NCBI GenBank assembly: GCA_965203435.1
Contig: CBDBCU010000006.1
Span: 38,028-102,027, forward strand
Origin: Dehalococcoidia bacterium
GTDB taxonomy: Bacteria; Chloroflexota; Dehalococcoidia; Lucifugimonadales; UBA3495
Length of the DNA stretch: 64,000 nucleotides
Reading direction: 5' to 3'
Shown piece by piece: positions 34,962-42,726 of this stretch. Each line of letters opens with the position of its first letter. Within the stretch, counting starts at the first letter, position 1. The notes under the pieces were generated by a model. That model did no database searches and was not told the origin of the DNA. It saw only the letters and a program-made list of their open reading frames with translations. Position numbers and translations under genes: made by a program.

Positions 34962-35702
34962 ATGGCCGAATTCTTGAACACCAAAGAAATCGCCGCCGGG
35001 ATCCAGAACATCATCCAGGACGCCCGTGTGGAGATTATCCTCATCAGCCCCTATATCAAGGCTGACCGGCAAATCAGCCAACGTTTGGCGTATCAGGCCA
35101 ATTCCAACCCGGAAGTTCGTATCACCGTAATCTACGGTAAGAAGGAGCAGCCGGAAGTACGGGATTGGCTCAAAGACCTGCCCGCCGTTGAACTCCGTTT
35201 CAGTCCCAACCTTCACGCCAAGTGCTACCTGAACGAGCAGGAAGCTCTGGTGACCTCGATGAATCTCTATGATTTCTCCGAGGCCAACAATGACGAAATG
35301 GGGCTACGGGTATCCGCCAAGGATGACCGGGATCTTTACGGCAAAATCCGTGAGGATGTGCGGCGGATTGCGGCCAATAGTGAAGTTCGCAAGGCCGCAA
35401 CTGTCAAACCCGCCCCAGCAGTCAAAGCCCGTCCCGCGCCCCAACCGACTCCCAGCAAACCGGCCCCGACTTCGGGGATACCTAAAGTCGGCTTCTGCAT
35501 CCGGGACAAAGCGAGCATACCGGCTAACCCCATCAAGCCCTACTGCGAGCGTTGCTACCGGTCCTGGAACCGGTATAAGGACCCCGAGTACGAGGAAAAG
35601 TACTGCCACATCTGCGGCAAGGAAAACGACTCCACGATGGTCAAACCCCTCTGCCTGCCCTGCTACCGGAAGTATAAGGACGATTTCGAGTTTGCCATCT
35701 AA
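34962..35702 (+). CDS. PLD-like (single HKD) nuclease-family protein with C-terminal Cys-rich zinc ribbon, paralogue 2
   Basis: NLHAKCYLNEQEALVTSMNLYDF. C-terminus FCIRDK...CERCYRSWNRY...CHICG...CLPCY. Same architecture as paralogue 1. Confidence 0.8.
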   Translation: MAEFLNTKEIAAGIQNIIQDARVEIILISPYIKADRQISQRLAYQANSNPEVRITVIYGKKEQPEVRDWLKDLPAVELRFSPNLHAKCYLNEQEALVTSMNLYDFSEANNDEMGLRVSAKDDRDLYGKIREDVRRIAANSEVRKAATVKPAPAVKARPAPQPTPSKPAPTSGIPKVGFCIRDKASIPANPIKPYCERCYRSWNRYKDPEYEEKYCHICGKENDSTMVKPLCLPCYRKYKDDFEFAI

Positions 35703-35723
35703 CGCTGCCCCACATTACGATAC

Positions 35724-35751
35724 CGGCCCCGGCGCTATTCCGCCGGGGCCG
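35724..35751. terminator. GC-rich hairpin between convergent genes (no clear U tract)
   Basis: cggccccggcg-ctattc-cgccggggccg, an 11-bp perfect stem. Confidence 0.4.
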
Positions 35752-35760
35752 CCATCCCCT

Positions 35761-37080
35761 CTACTCCCCCGTCCGTTCCCTTAACCGCCCGCCCGGATCC
35801 ACCGCCGTTCCCCCTTTCCTTCGCGCCGGCAGGAAAAAGCCAATGCCCCAACTCAGGTGCATCGTCGCCAATACCAGCGGCAGCAGGATAGCGGCGGCGT
35901 CCCGGCGGCGCAAACCGATCAGCAACGCCCCCAGCAGCAGGGCGGCGGCATACAGCAGCGGTAGCGCCGCCGCCAGAGCGGTAAAGCCGGCCAGGCCCAG
36001 CCCGGCCGAGGCCAGCAGTCCCGTCACCAGGGCCGGGGCCGCCAGATGCCGCGCTCGCACCTCTTTAGGATGTTTCCGCAGGGCGACCGGCTTCCAGCGC
36101 CCATAGTCAAAATACTGCCGGGCCAAGGCTCCCAGGGAGCGCCGCGGCCGATAATAGACCGTCAACTGCGGGTCAAACCACACCAACTCGCCCCGCCGCC
36201 GCTGCCGCCAGTTGAACTCGCAATCCTGATTCCGGGTCAGGGCCGGGTCAAAGCCATCCACCGCTTCCAGGGCGGCCCGGGTATAGACCCCCAGATAAAA
36301 GTTGTCCACCGGCCCGGCCGGGCCGCCCAGCCGATAGCGGGCATCCCCTGCCCCCAGCGGCGTGCTGAGGGCCAAAGCCACCGCCCGTTGCAGCAGGTTA
36401 TCGCCCACCGGCCGCTGCCGGCCGCCGACCACGGCCGCCCCGGTGCGTTCCAGGGTAGCCACCGCCCGCCGCAGATAATCCGGGGCCAGGGTGGTATAGC
36501 AGTCGCAGCGGGCGACCACCGGCCCCCGGGCGGCGGCGATGGCGGCGTTGAGACCGTGCGGCGTGGTCTTTTCCGGATTGGCGACAATCCGCGCGGCGGG
36601 ATAATGCCGCCGCGCGGTTTCCGCCGTTTCCCCCGTGTCCGAGCCGTCGGCGATTATTACCTCTACCGGCCCGGCGTAATCCTGCGCCCGGATCGAATCC
36701 AGGGTAGCCCCGATGGTGCCGGCGGCGTTGCGCGCCGGGATTACCACCGACACCAGCGGCCAAGGGACGGCCGGATCGCCGCCGCCGCCGGCCGCCCGCG
36801 GCTCCTCCGGCAGCTCCGGCGTCGCCGCCCAATTCCGGCCCAGCACCCGCCGCGCCGCCCGCAGCAGCAACCGCAAATCGGCAAAAAAGCCCTGCCGCTC
36901 CAGGTAGGCCAAATCCACCCGCAGCTTTTCCGGCAGTAGCGTACCGATGTAATAATCCTCAAAACTATCCCCCGGCCCAGGCCAGCAGCTCCTCCTCATG
37001 GACATACTCCACATTGGCCGCGCTGACCAGGCCGGGCCGTACGCTGAACACCCGCCGCTGTTCCGGGGTATAGTGGGCAA
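35761..37080 (-). CDS. Family 2 glycosyltransferase ORF whose 5' part encodes the missing C-terminus of the upstream sugar transferase
   Basis: VSVVIPARNAAGTIGATLDSIRAQDY...IIADGSD is a GT2 signature. Residues about 38-80 of this ORF (DSFEDYYIGTLLPEKLRVDLAYLERQGFFADLRLLLRAARRVL) match the Bac_transf C-terminal pattern. The first about 35 codons overlap 36965-37438 and are probably not translated in this frame. Confidence 0.7.
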   Translation of the reverse strand: MPTIPRNSGGCSAYGPAWSARPMWSMSMRRSCWPGPGDSFEDYYIGTLLPEKLRVDLAYLERQGFFADLRLLLRAARRVLGRNWAATPELPEEPRAAGGGGDPAVPWPLVSVVIPARNAAGTIGATLDSIRAQDYAGPVEVIIADGSDTGETAETARRHYPAARIVANPEKTTPHGLNAAIAAARGPVVARCDCYTTLAPDYLRRAVATLERTGAAVVGGRQRPVGDNLLQRAVALALSTPLGAGDARYRLGGPAGPVDNFYLGVYTRAALEAVDGFDPALTRNQDCEFNWRQRRRGELVWFDPQLTVYYRPRRSLGALARQYFDYGRWKPVALRKHPKEVRARHLAAPALVTGLLASAGLGLAGFTALAAALPLLYAAALLLGALLIGLRRRDAAAILLPLVLATMHLSWGIGFFLPARRKGGTAVDPGGRLRERTGE

Positions 37081-37438
37081 AATAGCGGGGGTCTTGCGGC
37101 CGCGTTCCCACCAAGCTCATCTCCCCCCGCAGCACATTCCAGAGCTGCGGCAGTTCATCCAGCTTGTTGTCCCGCAGGAAACGCCCTATTCCGGTCACCC
37201 GGGGATCCCGGGCCGGCGTAACCCGGGACGCCGCCGCCGTATCCCCCTCCCGCATCGTGCGGAACTTATACATCACAAAGGGCTGCCCCCCCTGGCCGAT
37301 GCGTACCGCCCGGTAGATTACCGCCCCCGGCGAGCTGACCTTGACCAGCAGGGCCAGGCCCAGCAAAACCGGCAGCAACAGCAGCAGACTGCCGCCGGCC
37401 ACTACGCATTCAAAGCCCCGTTTCAGCGCCGACCCCAC
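36965..37438 (-). CDS. Bacterial sugar transferase (undecaprenyl-phosphate sugar phosphotransferase family), truncated by a frame change
   Basis: LKRGFECVVAGGSLLLLLPVLL...YKFRTM...DELPQLWNVLRGEMSLVGTRP...VRPGL. Stops at 36965 just where homology continues in the other frame. Confidence 0.75.
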   Translation of the reverse strand: MGSALKRGFECVVAGGSLLLLLPVLLGLALLVKVSSPGAVIYRAVRIGQGGQPFVMYKFRTMREGDTAAASRVTPARDPRVTGIGRFLRDNKLDELPQLWNVLRGEMSLVGTRPQDPRYFAHYTPEQRRVFSVRPGLVSAANVEYVHEEELLAWAGG

Positions 37439-37546
37439 CTCAACCTCCGTTAAAGGGATAGGTCCTTCCCGATGGCTAATCTACCACACCGGCCCTTTCC
37501 CCGGCAAGGGCGGCCGCCTTACCCGCGCACGCAATCGCATATAGAA

Positions 37547-37675
37547 ACCGTCATTCCGCCCGTCCCCTACCGTCATTCCCGCGTAAGCGGGAATCCCGAG
37601 CGGTACTGAAAATACCAGACCTTTGCCGTCCTGCCACCGCCGGATTCCCGCTTACGCGGGAATGACGGTAGGGGG
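37547..37675. repeat. Family-A element, half copy plus full copy
   Basis: cctaccgtcattcccgcgtaagcgggaatcccgag ... ccggattcccgcttacgcgggaatgacggtaggg. Confidence 0.85.
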
Positions 37676-37710
37676 CAGGTATATGCCCTTGCCGGCCGCC
37701 TTGCTTGCCC

Positions 37711-37739
37711 TTGCCGCCGCCCCATTCCAAGCATATAAT
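37711..37739 (+). promoter_or_regulatory. Candidate promoter TTGCCG-17-TATAAT
   Basis: TATAAT at 37734-37739, 40 nt upstream of the ATG at 37779, which has an AAGGAG Shine-Dalgarno sequence. Confidence 0.45.
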
Positions 37740-37778
37740 CATCCTAGGAAACCGAAACCGGCAAGGAGCGACTTTACT

Positions 37779-38552
37779 ATGCGAACCAACACGGCCCAAG
37801 CCAAACTGGCCGCCGGCGAAACGGTATTCGGAGCCATCATTACCCGCTACGCCCCGGACGCCGTGGAAATTTTCGGGGCTATCGGCTTCGACTTTGTGAT
37901 GATTGACGGCGAACACGGGCCGCTGAACCTGGATCAGGTGGAAAATATGGTGCGGGCCGCCGAATCCTTTGGCATTACCCCCATCGCCCGCATTCCCAAT
38001 CACGACGATTCCACCCTCCTGCGCTTTCTGGATCGGGGAGTGCAGGGCATCATCGTTCCCCATATCAACAGCGGCGCGGCGGCCGCCGCCGTTGCCGCCG
38101 CGGCCCGCTATCATCCCGCCGGCCACCGGGGAATGGGCGGCGGCCGCCCCCACGACTACGGCATCGGCGTCAGCCGGGACGAATCCACCGCTTGGGTCAA
38201 TGCCCAAACCCTGGTCATCCCTATGGTCGAGGAAGTGGCGGCGGTGGAAAATCTGGACGAAATCCTGGCCGTGCCGGGCGTGGATGTCCTCCATGTGGCC
38301 GCCGGCGACCTGAGCCAGAGTATGGGTTTCCCGCCGGCCGCGGCAGTCCGCCAGGTGATGGCTGAAGTCATCCCCCGGGTGCGGGCCGCCGGCAAACACT
38401 GCGGCGTCGGCGGCAACAACCCGGCCGATGCCGCCGGCATTGCCGAGTTCATCAAACTGGGGGCCAACTTCGTAACCGTCTCCGGCTGGGGCCTGTTGCG
38501 CTTGGGCGCGGAGGACTTCCGCCGCCGCCTGGACGCCGCCCTGCAAGCCTAG
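37779..38552 (+). CDS. HpcH/HpaI family aldolase
   Basis: FGAIGFDFVMIDGEHGPLNLDQVENMVRAAE...ARIPNHD...LDRGVQGIIVPHI. Confidence 0.85.
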   Translation: MRTNTAQAKLAAGETVFGAIITRYAPDAVEIFGAIGFDFVMIDGEHGPLNLDQVENMVRAAESFGITPIARIPNHDDSTLLRFLDRGVQGIIVPHINSGAAAAAVAAAARYHPAGHRGMGGGRPHDYGIGVSRDESTAWVNAQTLVIPMVEEVAAVENLDEILAVPGVDVLHVAAGDLSQSMGFPPAAAVRQVMAEVIPRVRAAGKHCGVGGNNPADAAGIAEFIKLGANFVTVSGWGLLRLGAEDFRRRLDAALQA

Positions 38553-38566
38553 CCCTATCCCAGCGT

Positions 38567-38632
38567 CCTTACCGTACATTCAACCGTCCTTCCCGTGTAT
38601 TTAACCGTCATTCCCGCGTAAGCGGGAACCCA
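38567..38632. repeat. Family-A left-arm half copies (3, degenerate)
   Basis: cttaccgtacattc / aaccgtccttcccgtg / aaccgtcattcccgcgtaagcgggaaccc. Confidence 0.7.
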
Positions 38633-38693
38633 GTCAAAACTGGACATCCCGGCCAACCGAATCCCGGCAATCCACTCGACAGGAGGCAACCCA

Positions 38694-39107
38694 ATGCCCG
38701 AACCGACCTTGAAACTGGAACAGGTGCAGGCGGCGATGGCCGCGATGCTGCGGAAAGCCCAGGAAACCCCGGAGGCCCCGGTAGCCATGGCTATCGTCGA
38801 CGCCACCGGCAACTTGGAAGCCTATGCCAAGATGGACAACCTGCGGCTGTTCAGCCGCCGCCACGCCCTCCGCAAGGCGTACACCGCCGCCGTTATGGGC
38901 CTTAACACCGGCGCCCACGCCGAGCGGCTCCACGGCCAGGGCCGCAGCATCAGCGAACTCGGCGATCCCAACCTGACCCACGGCCAGGGCGGCCTGGTCA
39001 TTATGCAAGACGGCATCATCCTCGGCGGCATCGGCGTCGGCGGCTACCCCAGCGGCCAGTCCGATGAGGATTTGTCCCGGATTGGCCTCGCAGCGATGAA
39101 CCTGTAA
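38694..39107 (+). CDS. GlcG/HbpS-like (DUF336) heme-binding protein
   Basis: AIVDATGNLEAYAKMDN...AYTAA...GGLVIMQDGIILGGIGVGGYPSGQSDE. Confidence 0.8.
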   Translation: MPEPTLKLEQVQAAMAAMLRKAQETPEAPVAMAIVDATGNLEAYAKMDNLRLFSRRHALRKAYTAAVMGLNTGAHAERLHGQGRSISELGDPNLTHGQGGLVIMQDGIILGGIGVGGYPSGQSDEDLSRIGLAAMNL

Positions 39108-39202
39108 AACCGCAACGGCCGCCCCACAAAAAGACGCCCCGGCATTGGGATGCCGGGGCGTCTTGATTCAGCAGACCCAGGATAATTGCATATACCCGCC
39201 AA

Positions 39203-39447
39203 CCCCCTACCGTCATTCCCGCGCAAGCGGGAATCCAGAGAGGCCGCAACCCCCTACCGTCATTCCCGGCCGTCCCTACCGTCCTTCCCGCGTAAGCGGG
39301 AATCCCGAGAGGCCGCAACCCCCTACCGTCATTCGCGGCCGCACCTACCGTCATTCCCGCGCAAGCGGGAATCCCGAAAGCGCTGCCTTATGCCGCCGCA
39401 TCCTCGGCAAGCAACCTCTGGATTTCCGCTTGCGCGGGAATGACGAT
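39203..39447. repeat. Family-A cluster (about 5 left arms, one right arm)
   Basis: Repeated ccctaccgtcattcccgcgcaagcgggaatcc units, loop GCAA or GTAA. Terminal right arm gatttccgcttgcgcgggaatgacg. Confidence 0.85.
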
Positions 39448-39482
39448 CTCTATATGCCCTAGCCTTGGGCCGTCCCCCAACC

Positions 39483-40565
39483 CTACCGCAACTTGGGCGC
39501 TACTTCCTGCGCGTACAGCCGCACCGAATTAAGGATTTTTTCCTGCGGCAACCCCCCGCCCACATTCGGCTCCATAATTATCCCGTCCAGGCCCAGCCGC
39601 GCTTTCAGGGTCAGCAGCTTTTCCGTCACCGTCTCCGGGCTGCCGTAGGCTAGGCGGTCTTGCAGCAGGTCATCGTAGGTAACATTCGCCAGCCGTTCCG
39701 CCCGTTCCCGCCGTTCCTCGGACAGGGTAGTCCCGGCCTGCCCGGCGGAAGTCCCGAACAATCCGCCCAACCGCCGGTAAGAGCGCATCGTGCTTTCCTC
39801 CGGCTCCGCCCGTCCCAAATCGTCCGTTTCCGCCACATAAATGGGCGCCCGCAGAAAAACCTCGCCTTGGCCCGGATGCCCCCCTTCCTGCCGGGCCTGT
39901 CGGTACATTGCGATATGTTCCGCCACTTCATGCACATCAAAGCCGCGCAGCCCGGAAATGACCGCATGGCCGCTGCGCCCCACCTGCGGAAAAGTGTCCC
40001 GGGTGGTAGCGGCAATCCGCACCGGCGGATGCGGCCGCTGATAGGGCTTGGGCAGTACGCACAAGTCGTCGAACTGGAAAAACTCTCCCTGATGGGAAAA
40101 CCGTTCCTCCGACCACGCCTTGAGGATGATTTCCAGGGATTCCTGAAAGCGCGCCCGGCTTTCGGCGTAGGGTATGCCGTAGCCGTCATAAGAGCGGGGG
40201 AAACCGCTGCGGCCGACTCCGAACTCCAGCCGGCCCCGGCTTACCTGATCCACGGTAGCCGCTTCCTCGGCCAAGCGTACCGGATGGCACAAAGGCAGCA
40301 CGCTGACCCCGGTGCCAATCCGCACCTGTTTCGTCCGCCCGGCAATGGCCGAGGCCATTACCAGCGGCACCGACACCACCGACGGGATGCCGGCCCCCAT
40401 TGGGTCGCCCGGCCGGCGCGGGGCCGCGAAATGCCGTTCCGCCAGCCACACCCCATCCAAGCCGTAAGTGTCGGCGGTCTCGGCCAGGGCAAAGGCTTCA
40501 TCAAAAGCCGCCTCCTGCGTTACCCCCATCCGGTAATCGCACTCCATTACCACGCCAATGTGCAT
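39483..40565 (-). CDS. LLM-class flavin-dependent oxidoreductase
   Basis: 360 aa. GLDGVWLAERHF..., RLEFGVGRSGFPRSYDGYG is the luciferase-like pattern. Confidence 0.85.
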   Translation of the reverse strand: MHIGVVMECDYRMGVTQEAAFDEAFALAETADTYGLDGVWLAERHFAAPRRPGDPMGAGIPSVVSVPLVMASAIAGRTKQVRIGTGVSVLPLCHPVRLAEEAATVDQVSRGRLEFGVGRSGFPRSYDGYGIPYAESRARFQESLEIILKAWSEERFSHQGEFFQFDDLCVLPKPYQRPHPPVRIAATTRDTFPQVGRSGHAVISGLRGFDVHEVAEHIAMYRQARQEGGHPGQGEVFLRAPIYVAETDDLGRAEPEESTMRSYRRLGGLFGTSAGQAGTTLSEERRERAERLANVTYDDLLQDRLAYGSPETVTEKLLTLKARLGLDGIIMEPNVGGGLPQEKILNSVRLYAQEVAPKLR

Positions 40566-40606
40566 CGCTGCGCCTCCTGATTTTTGCCCCGATTTTGCCC
40601 TTGCCG

Positions 40607-42187
40607 CTAACCGCCGCCGGCCGCCCCGCTGCCGTACTCGTTAAGCGGATTCCGATAGACCGAATGATAATGCCCGCCCTCGGCGGCCACGTCCTCGTTG
40701 GAAAACTCAATAATCAGCGTCGGCCCCTGAATCCTATAGTAGCTCGGCCCGCCGCCCTCCCCGGCGCCATGCCAGGCAAAGGAAGTTTCCTCCAGGTCGG
40801 CGGCTATTTCCACCAGCCGCAACTGCGCGCTTTCCGCCGGCAACATTCCCACCCACAAAGCGATGGTATCCCGTAGCTGTTGCCGCTGCGCCGCCGGCCA
40901 ATCCCCGGCTTTAGACCCGGCCCAGGCCGGGATTACTCCATCTTGGCCGGCCCCGGTCAAAACTTCCCCTGCCGCCGCCGGACTGATGTCCAGCCTTGCC
41001 GCTTGTTGCGCCGCGCCGTCCAATCCCTGAAACAAAGCCCGCCCGGCCGCCGCTTGCGCCGCCAGCGGCATCACCGTAACCCCGTCCCGCTCATAAACCG
41101 CCGGGTCAATGCCCACAAAGGTCGGCGACAGATAGCTGCGTCCCCCCACCACGGTGACATTCACCCCTAGATGATGCCCCCCGAACTGCCAACCCCAAGC
41201 CTGCTCCGTTGCCGGTTCGCCAAAGAAAGCCAGAAAGTAATTATCCGAACCCCAGCCCAACAATCCCGCCCACCAGGATTCCCCCAGCGCATCCTCAGCC
41301 CCGACCACGCCCTGCACGGTAGCGTAGCCCTGGGGACTCAACGCCGTGGCCAGAAAATCCTCCAGCGCGGCCTGTTGCGCCGCATCCAAATCCCGGATCC
41401 GCACCCCGTTGCGCCGGGACATTTCCGCCGGCAGGTTTGACCAGTTAGCCCGCCGGGGATCGTCAAAGGCGTACACCGCCGCCGCCCGTTGTTCCGCCGC
41501 CAGGCTATCCAGAAAGGCTTGCGCCGCCGCCACTATCCCTTGACTCGTACCGCCGCCGCTTTCCGATACCCCGGAACTCCCCCGGTGTTCCCCGGATTCC
41601 CGGCCGCCGCTATGTTCCCCAGCCTCGCCGCTACGATGTTCGCCGCCCCCGCCGCTGTGTTCCCCAGATTCGGAGCCGCCGCTATGTTCTCCGCCGCCCT
41701 CAGCATTGCCGCCGCCCACTTCCGGATGCGCTCCCCAGCGGACAAAGGGCTGATTGCCGGCCGGCAAATTTACCGGCAGCGCCTGGCCCGGCATCAAATC
41801 CACCGGCGCCGTCGGCCCCAACTCTACGCCGTTGGACAGATGAACTTCCACCCGCACCTGCGGCAGGATGGCGTTGGTAGTATTGACCACCGTGCCGGTA
41901 AAAGCCTGGGCCGCCGCATCATAGCTCAGGGTCAGCCGCGCCCCGGCCCGCACCTTATCGTAAGTATCGGTCAACCCGAACTGCTGCCCCGATTCCTCAG
42001 CGCCGGCGTCGGTTTGGGGAATGTTGCCGACTTCCCGGGCCGCGCTGCCATTGCCGCCGCCGGTCGCGGCAGCCGTCCCCTGACCGACCGCCTCCGGGCT
42101 GCTACTGCACGCCGCCAAAGCCGCCAGCAGGAGGGCCGCCAATCCGGCCAAAACCGCCGGGATATATTTGCTGACCTGCCTTTTCAT
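40607..42187 (-). CDS. DUF3500 lipoprotein with N-terminal extra domain and His/Gly/Glu-rich GEHSGG repeats
   Basis: Lipobox LLAALAACSSS. (G)GEHSGG-type repeats encoded around 41540-41740. C-terminal PSYYRIQGPTLIIEFSNED is typical of DUF3500. Confidence 0.8.
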   Translation of the reverse strand: MKRQVSKYIPAVLAGLAALLLAALAACSSSPEAVGQGTAAATGGGNGSAAREVGNIPQTDAGAEESGQQFGLTDTYDKVRAGARLTLSYDAAAQAFTGTVVNTTNAILPQVRVEVHLSNGVELGPTAPVDLMPGQALPVNLPAGNQPFVRWGAHPEVGGGNAEGGGEHSGGSESGEHSGGGGEHRSGEAGEHSGGRESGEHRGSSGVSESGGGTSQGIVAAAQAFLDSLAAEQRAAAVYAFDDPRRANWSNLPAEMSRRNGVRIRDLDAAQQAALEDFLATALSPQGYATVQGVVGAEDALGESWWAGLLGWGSDNYFLAFFGEPATEQAWGWQFGGHHLGVNVTVVGGRSYLSPTFVGIDPAVYERDGVTVMPLAAQAAAGRALFQGLDGAAQQAARLDISPAAAGEVLTGAGQDGVIPAWAGSKAGDWPAAQRQQLRDTIALWVGMLPAESAQLRLVEIAADLEETSFAWHGAGEGGGPSYYRIQGPTLIIEFSNEDVAAEGGHYHSVYRNPLNEYGSGAAGGG

Positions 42188-42300
42188 CCGCCTGAACCCT
42201 CCTCAGTTTCCCTATGCTTGCGGTATCCGCCATCCGGAATCTACCGCCCAACTTTCAAGAAACTGTGAAGGTTTTTGCGATTCCGTTCTGCTGGGGTAAT

Positions 42301-42331
42301 TCGTCCTTCAACAAGTTCAGGATGAACGGAG
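42301..42331. repeat. Family-B repeat (reverse orientation)
   Basis: tcgtccttcaacaagttcaggatgaacgga. Confidence 0.8.
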
Positions 42332-42360
42332 CGATCTACCCCAACCATCCGGCCGCCGCC

Positions 42361-42570
42361 CTAGGCCCCCGGCGCCTCCAGATAAGTCAGCGGCGCGGCC
42401 AGAAACTTGGTGCGGCAATCCAGCCCGCAAAAGTAGTACCACTGGCCGTTGTGAAAGCTGCGGGTGCCTTGCTGCGGATCCACTTCCGAGGCCCCGTGCA
42501 TGGTCTGCCCGGTCTGCGCCCGGGCTTCCCCCTCGTCAATCTCGATCCCGCATACCGGATCCTTTGCCAT
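42361..42570 (-). CDS. YHS-domain (TRASH-type) metal-binding protein
   Basis: MAKDPVCGIEI...YYFCGLDCRTKF. AGGAGGGG upstream of the ATG at 42568-42570. Confidence 0.8.
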   Translation of the reverse strand: MAKDPVCGIEIDEGEARAQTGQTMHGASEVDPQQGTRSFHNGQWYYFCGLDCRTKFLAAPLTYLEAPGA

Positions 42571-42726
42571 AGTTTCCCCTCCTATCCTGAGGTTTGCGGT
42601 TGCCTTGCCCTTGGCCCGGTTTCTATTCCGTTGGGGGGTATTGCCTTGCAACCGATTCCGGGTTAACGGGCAATACGCCGCAACGGAACGGAAACTTGAG
42701 AGCCGGCGGGTAATCCGGCCGGCTGG

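Noticed and set aside
33986-35760. Classifying the tRNA-adjacent PLD islet as an integrated mobile element or prophage remnant.
   Set aside because: I found no integrase or recombinase and no direct repeat of the tRNA 3' end in the flanks. Only lower GC and position support foreign origin, so I report it as a finding and not as a mobile_element feature.
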